Assembly: GCF_037042905.1 (NCBI RefSeq)
Contig: NC_087245.1
Location: 3,970,001 to 4,034,000, forward strand
Reading direction: 5' to 3'
DNA length: 64,000 nucleotides
Source: Lytechinus pictus
Lineage: Eukaryota
Shown: one piece after another, positions 1 through 15,147 of the stretch
How the letters are laid out: each line of letters begins with the position of its first letter
Position numbering within the stretch: the stretch's first letter is position 1
Notes under the pieces: model-generated
Database searches by the model: none
What the model saw: only the letters and a program-made list of their open reading frames with translations
Told to the model about the DNA's origin: nothing
Translations under genes and position numbers: made by a program

Positions 1-3000
1 GAGAGAGGACACACACTTATAAAGTGAAAAAGAAAGAAAAATTATATGAAACTGTAAAGGAAAGAGAAGACCAGATAAGAAGAAAGAATAGAGGATCTGG
101 GAAAGGAGAGAAGGGAGGAAATATGAATAAAAAAGTAATAGAAAAGGGACAAAAAGAGAGCAAAAAACAAAAGAGTACATAATTCATCAACAATATTGCG
201 TGAACTATAGATGGGAAATTTAATAACCAGAATTAAGTGAGATTTAGGTGAAAAAGTTCATTATTATATCATTTAGAAATTAGAGAAAAAAGGCTGGATG
301 TGACTGGTCCACCCTATGAGATAGGTGTAGTAGAGGTCTTGGTCTGCTGTGTGATCAAGACTTGGTCCTTATCTCCCAGTTTGTTGGTAACTGTACACAC
401 CTTCACTATCAAGTTACACATGGATTAGTCTGAAAACTGCATGAAAACGTTTTCAGAAATCAGAGGGATGACATCAATTGATCAATGGGGGAGGGGTTGA
501 TATGCAAAAAAAATCTGAGAGCTAAAACCATGTTGCAATTTTTTTTTTGTATTAAAAGTTGAAATTAGGAATATTCAATTTTTCCATATATGACAGAGTA
601 GAAAAATGACTTATCCATGTGTTCCTTGATTATCTACACGCAATGACATGTTACAAGTAAAAGGACTTGCCTATAAATCCCTAAAAGAGCACACCTTGAG
701 GTTCTGTGATATCCTGTATCCTTTCCGTGGTTCTTGATATCCTTGTTGCCTTTGAAGTGTTCAGATTCTTGTTCTACTTGAGTTGCTACATTCACCACCA
801 GACCATGATGAGTCTCAACCAACCATGACATCCCCCTCCCTGAATTGCTGAGAGATACTAGATGCAGGATTTATCCATTAAGAGCTAGAAGGTCTTAGAT
901 TATGTCTCAAACCATAGGAATCAGTGTCCTTCTGGCATTGAACGGATGTTGATAGGTCAGGATGTCTTTCCTTCATATCTCCTGTATCCTTCCCTCATCA
1001 CTCATACCTTCATCATACATAATTTGAAGCAAGGTGACATTGACAGCTCAAGGAATGAATAAGGTTGTTGAATACCAGCTTTGTGAGATTCAATATCGAT
1101 GCTAATTAATATGAATAACACCAAAAATAAAAAAGTATTACTTGACATCATAAGATGCATTTATTCATTTATACATCTTCTGATCTGTATTTGGTATCTA
1201 ATATTGTTTATGGAATTTAGAAGGTTATTCAGATTAACCCACAGAAGGGAAGTCTGCCCATTTTGTATAATTTATTTGTTGAATGTTTTATAATCTGTAA
1301 AAAAATGGATTCATAATTTCAGGGATCCCGCATGCTTTGTGATACATATAGATGCTAAACATCTTGTGACTTATTTGTGTTTCATTGTAGATCTTAACCA
1401 ATGTTATTTTACTATTTTATGGTAGACTTGAACATCTAGGTCTGTAACATTCTAAAATTGTGGCATTTGATGATGTTGTTATTGATTGATGATTGGCAGA
1501 AAGCATTACCCCAATGTCAAAGAGCATGAGTCAAAATATTTTCAGCTTACTATCTGCTTGGAAAGTTTGCGTGTGTTGTGATATCCCCTAAAGAGGGCAG
1601 CATGTTATTTAGTTGCCAGGGGATTTCCCCTTCTAGCTTCAATAGAGCCTGACCCTCTAAATATTTGGATGCAATTATCAACGTCCTTCCCATCATGCAT
1701 AGGGCATGAGTTTCTTGATCCAATCAGTCAGGGGGGTCTTTCCTTTCATTTCACTTCTCCCAAGAGTGTTCCAAACTGTTTTCTTAACCTAAATCAGAAG
1801 ATGTAAGAAAACAGTGACTGTTATTTCTTTTAGTGATGAACATGCTTTTTAAGTGATATTCAGTCAAAATGTTTCTTTATGGCTGATTTGAAGCAGTCCA
1901 CACTTGATTGCTTTGCTGTTGGTAACAAAGTGCATGCGTTTCCTGGGTTGAATCACAGTATCCTATCACACATGTCATTTTCTTATTTTCTCTGTATGAA
2001 TTCGCTTGATGACGCGTCTCAGCAACAGGTTGTGGTGATGATTAAAACTGTCACTTTGGTTGGCTTGAAGGGCTGTCATAGTATTTGTGTAGTGAGTGTC
2101 ATCTTGAGGGGAGTTTGACCCCATAAACTGTTTGGATGGAATTATGAAAGTCCTTCCTGCTTGCTTGTGGCTAGGTATCTCACACATCAACCCTTTCCAT
2201 CTCTACCCCTTCCTCTTCCCAAACCCTGTCCCCCAATTCTCTTCCTTTGTTTCATTCTGTAACTGACATCTTATTTTGTCTTAGTCTTTGCTCACTTTTG
2301 AAAATTACCTTGTGATAATTCAAGCTTTGTTTCATGAATTCCCTTAAAGTTTTGAAGTAAAAATTAAGGTTTGTCTTGACATCAACGATGAATCTAGACC
2401 TACTTATAAAATATTAATTTTGATATTTGTCCATATCCCTCAACTTAATCCCCTCTTATTTTCTCTCTTTCTTACTGAAGAGTCCACATCGTCAACATGA
2501 ATCAACACTGTACATAAAAATGGGAAGGAAAAAGAAATGTACATATATTCGGTTCTAAATATATTGTTTTCAATGGTCAATCACCCTCTGCAAACTACTC
2601 TTATGAAGGAAGGTTCTCCTTCATCCAGTAGTGCCAGTATCTTGTTGAACTTGCAAATTGGTTTCAAGTAAAGTGAGCCATCTACAGTCAATATTCTTAT
2701 AGTCACAATCACAGCTCCCACTGTTTGAAGTACACTGTGTATTGTAGGACCTGGGTATGAATCACTCACAATTAGATGATTACAATGATGATGCATTCGT
2801 GGAGACCTGAATATTAAATGACTAATGTTACTTGTTAAATAGAAGATGACATCTTAGACGACTTTAGTTGATTACTCTCTTTTATTTGTATACTCTGACT
2901 AATAATGATTTCTCACCCCACCCCCACACTCATTAAACGTTACAGTGAAAAAGACCTATTTATTGTGCTGCTTTTCTTATATATTTTCAAATTGAATGAA

Positions 3001-4559
3001 GGTCACTTTATTTATGAAATACTTAATGAACTTGCTTATACCAAAGAAGTCCAAGGTTTGATTTTATTTGAATTTCGTCTTTAATGCTGGATAGTTATTT
3101 AAAGTTTAGGTTTATTACCTTAAACGAATCGTCCACTGACTTTCCTCTCTAGACATGAATGAATTGGATTAATTTCTTCTATCTTCATTATAATCTATTA
3201 TATTTGTGTAAATAACAATTAAAATGCAATTATGTTCATAAACAGATTTGTTATTCATTATACATATACATGAAGGGGAAAATTTTTATATTAGTATAAT
3301 GGTTAATAAAAACATTTATTATCTGTAACAAATATCAATAATAGGCTTACTCAGCAAACGGTGAAAAATTCATATTTTTAGTCAAACACTGATAAAACAC
3401 ATATGAGTGAAATGTGACTCAGTGGAATAAATTTCTTCTTTTTAACACCACTCTGCTTTGAAAGAGCCATCAGGAAATTAGAATGGGGATGAAAATGGGA
3501 TTAAATTGATGAAAAATGGGTCGGAATCAACAGAAATCTCCGGCTGTTTAGCTTCATGAATATGCAGAGACATGATTTCTTCTTCATGCTTGCTTTCAGG
3601 TGCACATGATGCACCTGTGCCAATAAAACATGGCTGGAAGATTTTAACCCCTTTGATACTGAGTGTATTTTGGTAAATGTTAGAAAAGATATGTGGGGAT
3701 AATTGTATAGGATTGAAAGGGTTAGAGATTTACAATTGCAGAGCAGGGTTTTTGTTGGAAAAGTAAAATAGAATGGATATATTTCAGTGAAGTAAGTTTT
3801 ACTTTTTTTGTTCCCAACCTATATTAATTACAGATTTAGTTGAAAATAGAAACATAATATCATAACAAATTGAATTGGTTGTTTATACTGTAAAGACTGA
3901 ACCATGTGTTTTTCTGCATTTGTATGGCCTTGTTATTCGTAATAATTTCGTATTAACTTTTTTTAATTATTATTTTCATAAAGGCATGATTAGCCCATGT
4001 TAAAAGCAGCCCTCATCAGTATATCACCCCAAAAACCTTGCACCCACATGTGAATTCTTGCATTCTTGTTAAAACACTCCTGCAGATAACTTATGACGTA
4101 AGTCTCAACAAAGATGTGCTTACATGGCATTCCATGTACATCTCATGGTAATTATCAATCAATGAAAGTATGTGATATAGCATGTTAATGAGTAATTAAG
4201 GCAGGAGGCAATTTACCGTGCCGTCCTTATACTCCAACAAGGCGTGGGTATTTAATTTAGCAGACGGAGGCACTGTACAGAGTGTATCAAAAACTATTTA
4301 CTGTAAATGTTTAGTGGTATGTGAGTTGGTGGTATGTCTTTCAAAAAGATTGCAATTTCCTTAACCTTGATATCATTGCATGACTAAATGATGACATAAG
4401 GGTGTTTACTGTGTAGGCAAACAGTTGAGATGTTTGGTATAGGCCTACAGGACTGTACTGAAAGGAGACAAAGGGGGCAGCTCTCCTCCATGCTTGGGGC
4501 TTTGGAGCTCTGCACTTTTGTGCTAATAAATATAAGCAATCAAACAATAATGGGGCATT

Positions 4560-4900
4560 AAGAGAGAAAATGGATGAGGGGAAGGGGGATGGGGAATGGG
4601 TGTGATGGAGTGAGATAGAAAGGGAGGGTTTGAGATAAAAGAGGAGGAGGTGAGAGTAAGGGAAAGAGGAAAGGGATGAAGTGAGAAGAAGAGAGGGAGA
4701 GAAAGAGAGAGTGAGGTTAAAATCTGTGTACAGTTTACTACATGAAACTTTGGGAATGGACTTGAAGTGGACATGAAGGATAGAGGATTCGTACAAAGAC
4801 TTGAAGATTTTGATAGGATAGAGAGGAAATGAGCTGGTAGAAGATGAAAGAAGAAGAGAGAAAAGAAGAGTTGTAGAGCAAAGGAGAAGACAAAAGGCAT
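4560..4900. repeat. Purine-rich (GA-rich) low-complexity tract
   Basis: Strong strand asymmetry producing S/L/P/F-rich pseudo-ORFs. Similar tracts lie at about 1-180, 6330-6500, 19515-19695, 32900-33130, 36820-37060 and 55210-55550. Confidence 0.8.
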
Positions 4901-7500
4901 TGAATTCTAGCGCTCATTTAATCACATTTATTTCCACGTCTTTGTGGCAAGGCGGAAACATGCCTTGTGTTTGCTCAGAATGAATTACGAATCTGCGCAA
5001 ACTAATAAACGAAGCCTGGCATGGGACCAGGCTCTCTGCGCGGGGAGCATAACGTTTACTCGGTCCCATTATAAGAGGTAAAGTGTAAGCGTCTTAACAA
5101 AGGATGGTCACGTAGTGGGCCATGGATAGTTAGTTTCAATATCGACCTCCGCCATAGTGTATTGGTTCTCGAATACATCACAGACAATGGTGGAAGAATT
5201 ACTGATGCCGTTCCTCTTGACGTTTTTAATGTGAAAATCAGAAATACATCAGTTATTACTCAATTTCTGCACTAGAACAAGGTGCGATGAACTGTTTGTG
5301 TAAATGTGCATTTCACAAGTACTAAATTCGATATTGTATTTTTATATAGTCTTTATTACAAAGCTTTCCTCCAGTTTTGAGAAAGTGCAATGTGTAAGAT
5401 AGAAATAAGCTAAGGGGCATGTGATCAGGAGGTGTGTCACCAAACCTATTACCTATATAGGAATAAGAAAAATGATATACTTTGAATTAATGAGCTGCTA
5501 TAAAGTGTTTTTACCTTGAAGAAATATTTTAGGAGTTACAGAACCTTTATGCAGAGTAAAGTTTCTCCCCACGTACAAAGATAGTTTACGATTTTAGTTA
5601 CTCTTTATGTATTATTTATATTTTGTTATGTACAACAATGTTTGTTAAACTGCAGGTGGCCTTATTTTCATAAGGGCTGAACAGGTCTTCTGTGCATTGT
5701 AAAATGAATAAAACAAAATTAATATGATAATTATAATTAATAATTTTCACTTTTGATAAAATGTTTCAATGATGTAACATTCATTATGGTTATTTTAAAT
5801 ACTATTGACCTTCTGTTTGACCTTCAAGCATTGATATAGCATGAGACTAACTATCCCTTGTTATAGGGAGTCACTGGAAGTCTTCTTTTATTTTAGAAAA
5901 GAAGAACAAAAATTTTAAAAACAAATATGATAAATACCAATAGTTTCTTGTAATTTCTAATGGGGTGTAAATTGTGTTTTGTTATGTTTTTGTAAAATGA
6001 TAAATTGATATGGGGATTAGAAAGTCACTTTTATAATCGTATGTTGATTGATAAAAAAAGATAAAAAGTAATAAAAAAAGCAAATCAGGGGTGAGGGATG
6101 TAAACATGAATAATCTTTTAAAGACTATTGTAAACTGGTGTCCTACATATATGCCAACTTATTATGAGAGGAATATTCGATATAGAGGGGAGGTATGAGT
6201 CATGTGGAATCATATAACCAGGTGAGAGGCATAACAGCCAAGAAGCTTAGCCAAAACTAATCTAATTGAGGGACAAAAATTCATATTGTATGTCTCCCCT
6301 GCTCCTCACAGTCTCAACATGTTGTCTAGTCTCATCTTGTTCTTTCCATCTCTCTCACTCTCTTTTGTCTTCTCTCTCTCTCCCTTACACCCAACTCATT
6401 CCATTTCTATCACTATCTCGCTACCCTTCTCTCCTTCTTTTACTGTCTCTCACTTTCAGTCTCCCATATACCCATCTCTCTTTCTATCTACAATAAAGTC
6501 CTCTTCTGATGCTCTTGGGTATTATAGTACTTCTCTCAGGTGCAGTAGAGATCAATAATTCCTTGAAATGTATATGGTTGGCTTATTTTTCCAGATATAA
6601 AATAATTTCAATGAAAGATTAAAAATTCATCAAGAGTTGAATCATAGTTTCTTTAAAAAACCGACAGCATATTAGATTTAAAGATTTAAAGAAAGAATTA
6701 CCCCAGAGTATTTTGTGATATGCTTCCTGCATGCTGTGTAATTTACAATTATCTCATTGCGTATTGACTGGAATTTGACAGGCTTTGTATCAAATCTATG
6801 GGAAGAAAATTATTTTAAAAATCAAACTGATATAATTCTCATCTTGCTTTAAAAAATAAAGTTATAAATTATGAATAGTTAGAATGCAAGTTAATCAACC
6901 CAAATACTTTGATTGGAATATCTGTGATGGTAAATATGATTACACATTATAATTACAAATTAATTAAATTGAATACATTCTTCATGATCTGACATTCGGA
7001 GGACATAATGAGGAAACACACAATTCACAGGATCATTGGTAGAAAAGCAATGACATTGCCATGAAGCTGATTTATAAGAAGTCTTTGGTGCCACATAAAT
7101 TTCATGAAAATCTGACCAATAGTATTTGTTGCCCTTGTAAATCTGCCTGATCGTGATTATATTATTGAGTGACCATTCATTTTCTATAGATTTTCTAATA
7201 TCTTGAGTGAAGAGTTGTGAGGGATCAAGGCCTGGGTAATACTTTGGGAACTTGATCCTTCGTATACTGTTAATAACGAAGGAGGGAATGGGAGGAAAAA
7301 TAATATTGATTGTTTTTGGTGGGATTTTGTCAGATCTGATGATTAGATGATGGAAATAAGCTGATTTTTACCTGCTATTGGAAAGTAGGTCAGAATAATC
7401 AATACTGAGCGCAGAAGATATAATGCATTGGCTAATGATCAATATCTAGACACTGATGTAATATTCATGATGGAGATGAAATTGCAACTTGCACCTTATA

Positions 7501-8138
7501 TTGTCGGTGGTCTTGTCGTATCACACATACGACGGTGCAAACCCATTTCAGAGAAAATCAACTTCAAAGTTTACTATAATTTTCACACTTAGTTCCTTCA
7601 TTGCTAGAAAAATACATGGTTGGAAAGACCAAGACAATTGCTTGACAATTGTATCCTTATTTTTACACAAAAGCAAGGATCAGAAAAAATATCGCAAAAG
7701 AGCTACATGCTTGTAATTTCAGTTTAAGCGGTTTAGATTTCCCCCGTACGCCATAGGGAATACAACAACCCTGACCGCGATTTCAATGCGCGCGGTCAGT
7801 CATAACGCTGTATCGCTTTTCACATGCAAAGTCAATGCAGTGCAGATGGCCGATACAACATTTTGGCTGACCACGCGCATTGAAATCGCGGTCAGTCAAA
7901 ACGTTGCATTGCTCTGTTACAGTACACGTTTCCAATGGGATTCGCACATTTTATTTAAAAAATGTAAGGCATCGCCGTGAAAATCCTCTCATATCTCAGA
8001 AAATAAAATAAATTGCTTCTTAGAAATTTAGTTATGAATAGAGTAGGACTTGTACTTAAGTTTTTTCAAAAATCTCAAAATCAATATTTTTTGGGGACCA
8101 AAATTTACTGATACGACAGTTCGGATGACCGCCGACGA
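7501..8138. mobile_element. Non-autonomous DNA transposon (MITE) with TA flanks
   Basis: Left end ttgtcggtggtc-ttgtcgtatca matches the reverse complement of the right end tgatacgacagttcggatgaccgccgacga, with a short deletion on the left. TA lies on both sides. Internal 29-bp inverted repeat at 7771-7799 / 7867-7895. Confidence 0.65.
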
Positions 8139-8689
8139 TATGCATGTTGCCTTAGGTGGTTAAATTCATAGATAAGATAGGTTGGGTTTATAATTCCACT
8201 TCCTATTCTTTTTGATGTGGAGATGGAAGTTTGTTCTTTTATTGGTATTCAAATGTGATAAATTCAATGAGAATACAAATCATAATCAGAGTGGCGGGGG
8301 AGGGGGGGGGTATGGCCAAGAAGGATATATGGACGGATCATATTTAGTGGGGATGGACATGAAGAGCTGGTATCATTGTTCTGTATATAAATCACTATGT
8401 GATCTAAAGGAGATGTGGATATACTTTATAATAGTCTTAAAGCTTGTGGGTAGAATATTTGTAGGAAAAGAAAAACTAAAAGTTATAATCAGTATGGATA
8501 TGGGGATACATGGAGTGATATATAACAAGGGAGGGAGGGAGGGGTTCTTTATACTGTAGATGGTTATGTTATCTAAAGGAGATGAAGAAGTATTTCATAT
8601 ATTGTATGTCTTTGACGAAGCTACATTACAAGAATGAAGTTTTGTGAGTATATATTAAAACAGGCAGTTTAAGGGTCTCTCTCTTTACC

Positions 8690-9111
8690 CATCTGTCTTT
8701 CTTTCTCTCTCCCTTTCTCTCTCTCTCTCTCATGGTATTGATCCACTCAGACAGCGAGACACTCTTGCAATCCTAGTATAGCAGTCTACATGCAAACAAG
8801 CTTCACTCACTCGACTCTTCTCACTGGCTCTCCCTCTCTGCACACCTTTTCATCGTCGTTGACGACGGCTGCTCCAGTCATTCTATCCAACCAAGGTGCT
8901 CTATTAACATGCATGCTCTTACACGCATACACTCATACCTGACATCCATTCATGAGGGAGCTTTGTTTTTCTCTGAATTGCCAGGCAAGCGCTCTGTTGT
9001 TTAGCCACGCTCAGTGTCTTCGTTGGTGTATTGTTTAGAGCAGCGGGCGCTCATTAACTGCTGCCTACCACGTGTGTCTTATGCTTGGTCTATAGAGAGA
9101 CAGGGAGAGAG
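8690..9111 (+). promoter_or_regulatory. Possible alternative promoter / non-coding first exon
   Basis: (CT)n tract followed by about 400 bp of locally GC/CpG-richer unique sequence ending in the donor-like GAG|GTAATG at 9111/2. No ATG-initiated frame continues into the 54463 exon. Confidence 0.3.
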
Positions 9112-12100
9112 GTAATGTTAAAAACTTGATGCAGTGACTGGCTTTCAGACTGCTGGCAGGCAGGAAGTCGAGTGAGGTTTGGCAGGAGGTTTTGAAGCCG
9201 TTGATGAGCTCGGAGAAATGAGTGTTTCGATGCTGTTTTGAAGGTTTTCTGTGCGAATCAAGCAGTTACTTTCTGAATGGCTTGCATACATTAGAAACCG
9301 TTCTTTGATATGCTTCGTAATATTTATGGGTATGAGGACATTGTCACAAAAGTTAATGGAAGATGATGTGTGCCTAGCTTGATCACAATAAAAGATATTG
9401 TTAAAGGTAAGGAAACACTCGTTTTTTTAATATGTTTGAGATATTTTTGTTGCTGGATGGAATGAGGATTTGTGTTATGATATCATTGAATGAATTTCCT
9501 TGTTTTTCTTTTCCAATACAAAGAATAATGTTTTTTGTTAAGTCATTATGTAACAATTTTATCACCCCTGCAGTCAAAACATTCAATTTTCTTGTGTGTT
9601 TCTCATTTTACTTGTCAATATTTTCCTATCAGGCATTGTCTCAAATTTGCATATCTTTCATTTTCAAAGTGTTTTCATATATTGACAACTAGGCCTTATG
9701 ATGGGAGAGAAACAGAATAATATCTTCTATGTGATTTTGTTGTCTAATTGTAAATTGAATCTAGTTTTAAAAGTGCATCGTTTCAAGTAATAAGATATCT
9801 TGATCTTATTCAGGCTTAGAGCATGACACTTATTGATATCTGTACAATCATGCTGTAAGGCTTGATTTACATGATGCTGAGGCAAAAATTAATATGAGTG
9901 ATGCTTAACAAATCAGCATCTTTCCCTTATAATATCAACATACAAGCTTTACTTGCTTCCTACACCCCTAATGACTCAATCGACATACCGGTACACTCCC
10001 CACGTTCCATTTCCTTACAACCTTACCCCCTCATACCTCTCATAATAATAATACTGATGCCCGCAGGTCTTGTAATATAGTGATGGAATTTATTGCTTTG
10101 TAGCTATGTAACCCTAGCCTTTGAACGTGTCCAGCTATGACCCAGGATAGGGAGTGAGGGTTTCTTCAGGATCTCCTTCGCCTCTCTATTCCGGCTCCGG
10201 CTCGCATCATCTAGTCTTCTGATTTGATTCCGATTATGGGTAGCGTAGTCTTTGCTTACCAGACACTTTTCTGGCTTCCCCTACTGAAGCAGAGAGATAC
10301 CAGCAATATCCTTTAGCTCCATATTCAAGGGAAATATCTTGTGAAGTTGCAAAATAAGGACATGTTGGTTAGTTGGCCTTTTTTTTGTCGGTTTATATTG
10401 CTTACTACAGCCATCAATATATACTTCCTTTATCAAAACCTCTTTGATCATTTAGCAAGAAATGCTGTCACAGCATATTTGTCTGAAACTACTTAATTAG
10501 TGAATTAATTTAATATGTTCTCACACTTTATGCAACATTTGATTTGTTTTACTGTGATCCTGATTTGATTGTTAGAATTTATGAGTAAAATTTCATTCAA
10601 ATTCAAAGGACTGGTTTCCTAAACTAGTTGGTCAGTCTGCGGAGCTTGATCAATCCAAGAGAGATTTATTATGTTTTCAATTCAGATTTTATTTTTCATT
10701 ATAATGAGATCACACATTCCCTTGGCTTGTGGTCCACTGTGACTGGATGCCATCCAAAGGATGATGATTTCATCAACAAATGATGGATTCTCTACAATCT
10801 TAGAAAGAAATCTCCAGTTCAGAAGAGATGCCCTGAAAACATTGCATTTCTTTGAAATATGAAACTGATGTTATACTAAAAAAAAATACCCAATTGTGTA
10901 AACAAAATAAAAGAGTCAAATTGAAATCAAGAAGATAGAGAAGTCAACGATGTGTTTAGGGAAGCTGGATGGAGGAAAACACCTGTAAAAAGGTTGTGAC
11001 CTTGCTTCATTATTGTAACAAAAATGCTGCTTTCAAATCGGTCTCAGTAATTTCTTTGAGTTAAAAATCCTGATAAATTCAGTTGCTTTTATTGACAGGA
11101 CTGTTTCGGCATAAAGCAATTTTGATTCTGAAATAAAGAAAGGGAAGCATTTTCATTTGCCCTCAATATTGCCTTAGTGAGTTGAACATCCTCTTGAGCA
11201 ACAAATTTCCAATGAATGTTGCATGAGTTTATCTTTCATAGATAGTGAAGTAGTACTACCTTCGTTCTCTCCAAGTAATAAGGGTTTGTAAGATAAAGTA
11301 GAGATGCTGTACATTGGGGTGATGTATCCAAATAGAATTATTCTCCCTTTCCGTAGCAGGTAATGTGATTAATCCAGCCATAGCTTCGCCATCGTCTATG
11401 TCTTCAAGTCCCCTCAGGTATCTAGATGTCCGTTCTTGTAGATCTAGAAAGTGATAAAGTGTTTGGTTGTTATAGTATGGCATTTCGCATTTCCCATAGG
11501 AAAAAAACCTGAGCTATATGGATGATGATAATGGTGTTTAGATTGTTCTTTCTTCATCTTTAATTTATTCCCAATTCAATACCTTTCTTGATGTTCCTCC
11601 ATCTATCTTGGTTGATATGAGTACTGTAAGAAAAAAATAAAACCTGTTATATCATGGATTCAGAGAATATAAAATATTGAAAATAAATAAGACAAAACAT
11701 CTGTGACATTAAAGAGGAGAAGAAAAACAATTTTATAGAGATCACTTGAATATAGGAATATATTTTATAAGAATATTGAAATAGGAAATGTTATTTCACC
11801 TGGCAGATTCATTTTTCCTACAAGCAGAAAAATTCAAATACTATTTTTGCGAGGAGGGGCCCTGTTTAGGTCATTGAAAATACTATGCAAATTGCTATTT
11901 TGATTTCCAATGAATTTAGGGCAAATTGCTACCCGATACTTTCCACTTCCTTGGTTTCCACAGATTGCTTTGGGCTGAATTTTGCTTTGAAATTTAGATT
12001 TCCCGCAAGACCCCAATCCTAGCCACAATTTCCATACATAAATCCTAGTGCTTATTTCTTTTCTGACTAAGCTGGGATCTTGAGTAGAAATGAAAGAAAT

Positions 12101-13419
12101 TACTCTGCAAACTATCTAATTCATTTTGTGATTGGATTTTTTCAACCCTACAGTTCAAGATCAGATTCAATATAACTGTATTTAAATGCAACAGGCAATG
12201 TATTTTGCTCTTTTTTAGAAAAATGTTTTTCATTTCATTTTCACAGATATATCAAGACACAATTTGATTCAGTTAGCATCTATAATTCAGATTGGTGATA
12301 ATAATGACTTAAACGAACTGTTAAATCATACTTGAAATTGATGTTCACACTTATATTCTTATATCATGTATTTATGACTGTGTTCATTTTCCATCCAAAA
12401 TATCTTCAGAACAGTGAAATAAAGTCCATGTAACATTCTGTTCTTGGATAATGTACGCAAACACTATCATATTGTATTAACTAAATATTTTTTTTTATAA
12501 AGTTATAATACCATTATTAATTGCTTGTATAAACCTGCATTGACATCAAGTGAAGAGAGTCATGAAAAAACACCAAAAAAGTATTCTGTACTTTAAATTC
12601 TTTAGCATATAACTAATTTAATAAATAACTTGACTTCCAAATCTAAAATATGTATTACTCGATTGTTACGAAATAAGAATGAAAACAGGCTTATATTCAT
12701 CATATGTACTCCTGTGATCTTTCATTTTGCTCTTGATACATACACATGAATGTATTTTGTTGGTATCTTCTTGTGATGCAAAAACCTTGCAATTACATGT
12801 ATTCTTAATAGTTTTCACTTCCTTTCCATCTATGATTCACACTTCTCACATAATGGGAGACATTCTGTCCATTTCATGCTTCAATTATTCTTCAAATAAG
12901 TGACTTTCAGCTCTCATCATTCGTTCTTTTATTCATTGTCTTTCATCTCCCTGTCTCATCATTTCACTGCTTTATACCGAATACTCCGTCGATGAATCAT
13001 GTTACTTCATGAACACATTCTCTTGAAGGTCCTGCTGCGATTGTTGCTTAGAAATGCAAGTTCCCCGCTGTGTTCTAACACCACCATCCCCTGACATTCG
13101 TTTCATTAATTTCTTTCTGATTGGCTGAGAGAGTATGTTGGACTGATGCAGGCAAGGTGTAGTAGGAATTAACAAAGCTCATTCACACACCTTAAAACAG
13201 CAATCCAATTGCGTTTTGAATCTAGCTTATTCTTGCACCAGTTTACTAATGGATCATGGATCCATTTTAGATCTACTTTGTTCTATGATTGCTATATAAG
13301 ATGCTTTGAAGACATTCTATTAAACACAGAAGAAAGCAGATATTTGATATTCGTTTTTATGTTGAAACTGTAATCACAATAACATATCCAAAATCTGTTA
13401 GTTTCTTTTCTTCCTTTAA

Positions 13420-14354
13420 GGACGTTCCACAGTTAAAGTGAAATCCATGTCATTTTCACCAAACTTTGCACAAAGATACTTTAGAACCTTAATATTCGAA
13501 ATATGCAAAAATTAACATAGGTCCATGTGCTTGATTTTTTGCTATAGAGCTTCAAAGTTCACCCAAATTGATGTTCTTAAGAATTGCGCATTCAAAAGAA
13601 TTTGGCATTTATAGACCGCCCAAGATTACTACAATGAGTTTAAACCTCCATTACTCATTCAAAATACATGGAAAAAGTCATCAAATTTCGCAAGAGAGTT
13701 AATAATTGTATCGTTAGAATGGAGAATCTATTAATAGTGCTATTTGTTTGCAATTTTAAGTTTAACAGCACTGTCAGTTCTTAAATATGGCGTAAAAGAT
13801 AACAAAATCCCAATCTGAAAAATGTAAAATTTCAGTAACAAAATACAAACGTACAATAAATGCTGCACTTTATTCAAAATCCATGTCATTTTCACCAAAA
13901 TTTGCAGAGTTGTAGAGGAAGGTATACCTAAGAGGTAGAAACATTAAAAAATAGGGTTTCATGTGCTTGTTTTTAAACTATCAGCATTTTTATTAGAGCA
14001 AATGTGCTTTTTAAAACACCAAAAATGGGCCGAATGCTTAGTATCTATGTGAAGAAAAAATCAAAACCACTCTACCATTTATTCAAACTCGGGCTAATAT
14101 TTGTGATTCTTGGCAGCACTGCAGAGTAAAGTATTTTGAAATTGTAGAGAATATTTTTTTGAATGGTCCATGGAATAATTCAATTTTTTAGCTTCATGAA
14201 ATAACGCATCGGATCTGCAGTTAAGTGCAGAAGACGAGAAAAATCAGCTCATACCCGCAGCTAATTAATACCTGTTCATCCATTGTGACGTCAGCGCGCA
14301 GAGTGTAAACTATGCGCAGATCATAATGCGCACAAATATAACTGTGGAACGTCC
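13420..14354. mobile_element. Kolobok-like non-autonomous DNA transposon (935 bp)
   Basis: Perfect 16-bp terminal inverted repeats (TIRs) GGACGTTCCACAGTTA / TAACTGTGGAACGTCC flanked by TTAA (13416-13419, 14355-14358). Purine-purine termini with a TTAA TSD fit Kolobok rather than piggyBac. Internal direct repeat aaatccatgtcattttcaccaaa at about 13441 and 13878. No transposase ORF. Confidence 0.85.
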
Positions 14355-15147
14355 TTAAGCTTGTGTTATAAAAGGTATAAGAAAATGGATGGAGTTTAGC
14401 AAAGTTTGATGGTTAAATATTTGTGTATGAACATGCTGTCTTGTTGGATAGAATGATTTGCTGCTGTGGATTAGATTGAGATTATGCATGAGTTCATAAT
14501 TCCTCCTTACTAGTCTCTCCATTTATGTTCATTCTTGGATGATCATCATCATGTCTGGCTGACTCCTTAGCATTTCAATTAAAATAGTTTAAAAGAATTG
14601 TATGCCAATGAATATAGCTTATTATACACAAGCATGCATTAAATAAAAACCTTATTGTTTCATACATGTAGAAGCAGTAATATATTGACTGTGTATTTTT
14701 GGAAACAAATATATTCACTTCTTTATGAAGATCTCCAGTAATATTCTTGCTGTTAACATTTTACCAAAACTTTAATCATTTCAAAACAATATTTTTCGAC
14801 AATTTTTCTTTTTTTATCCTGCATTCTGAGCATTGAATGATAATACTTATGCACAGGTGTTTGCGTTATAATATATTCCTTCATCTGTTTTTATTTTTTT
14901 TTAACCTCATACCTTCCTGGGCTATTCAGACACTATTCTTACAATGCAGTTTATATCTGGTTTACAGGAACATTGAAATTACATATTCAGACATCTTTCT
15001 TTCCTGGTAATATGAGGATTAGTGCATCTAGTTTGTACACAGGTGCATGTAATGAAAGAGTGCTGTCAATCACTGGAATATTTGATGAACAGAAGCAGGT
15101 GTTGTGACATGTTCATCAAACATTTGAAATCAATCATTCATTAATAT

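Noticed and set aside
3580..3606. Other AG|GT juxtapositions (3599/3600, 51579/80)
   Set aside because: The regenerated donors (gtgcac, gtttaa) are poor matches to consensus.
13416..14358. piggyBac assignment for the TTAA-flanked elements
   Set aside because: The termini are GG/AG rather than the C-initiated ends typical of piggyBac, so Kolobok fits better.
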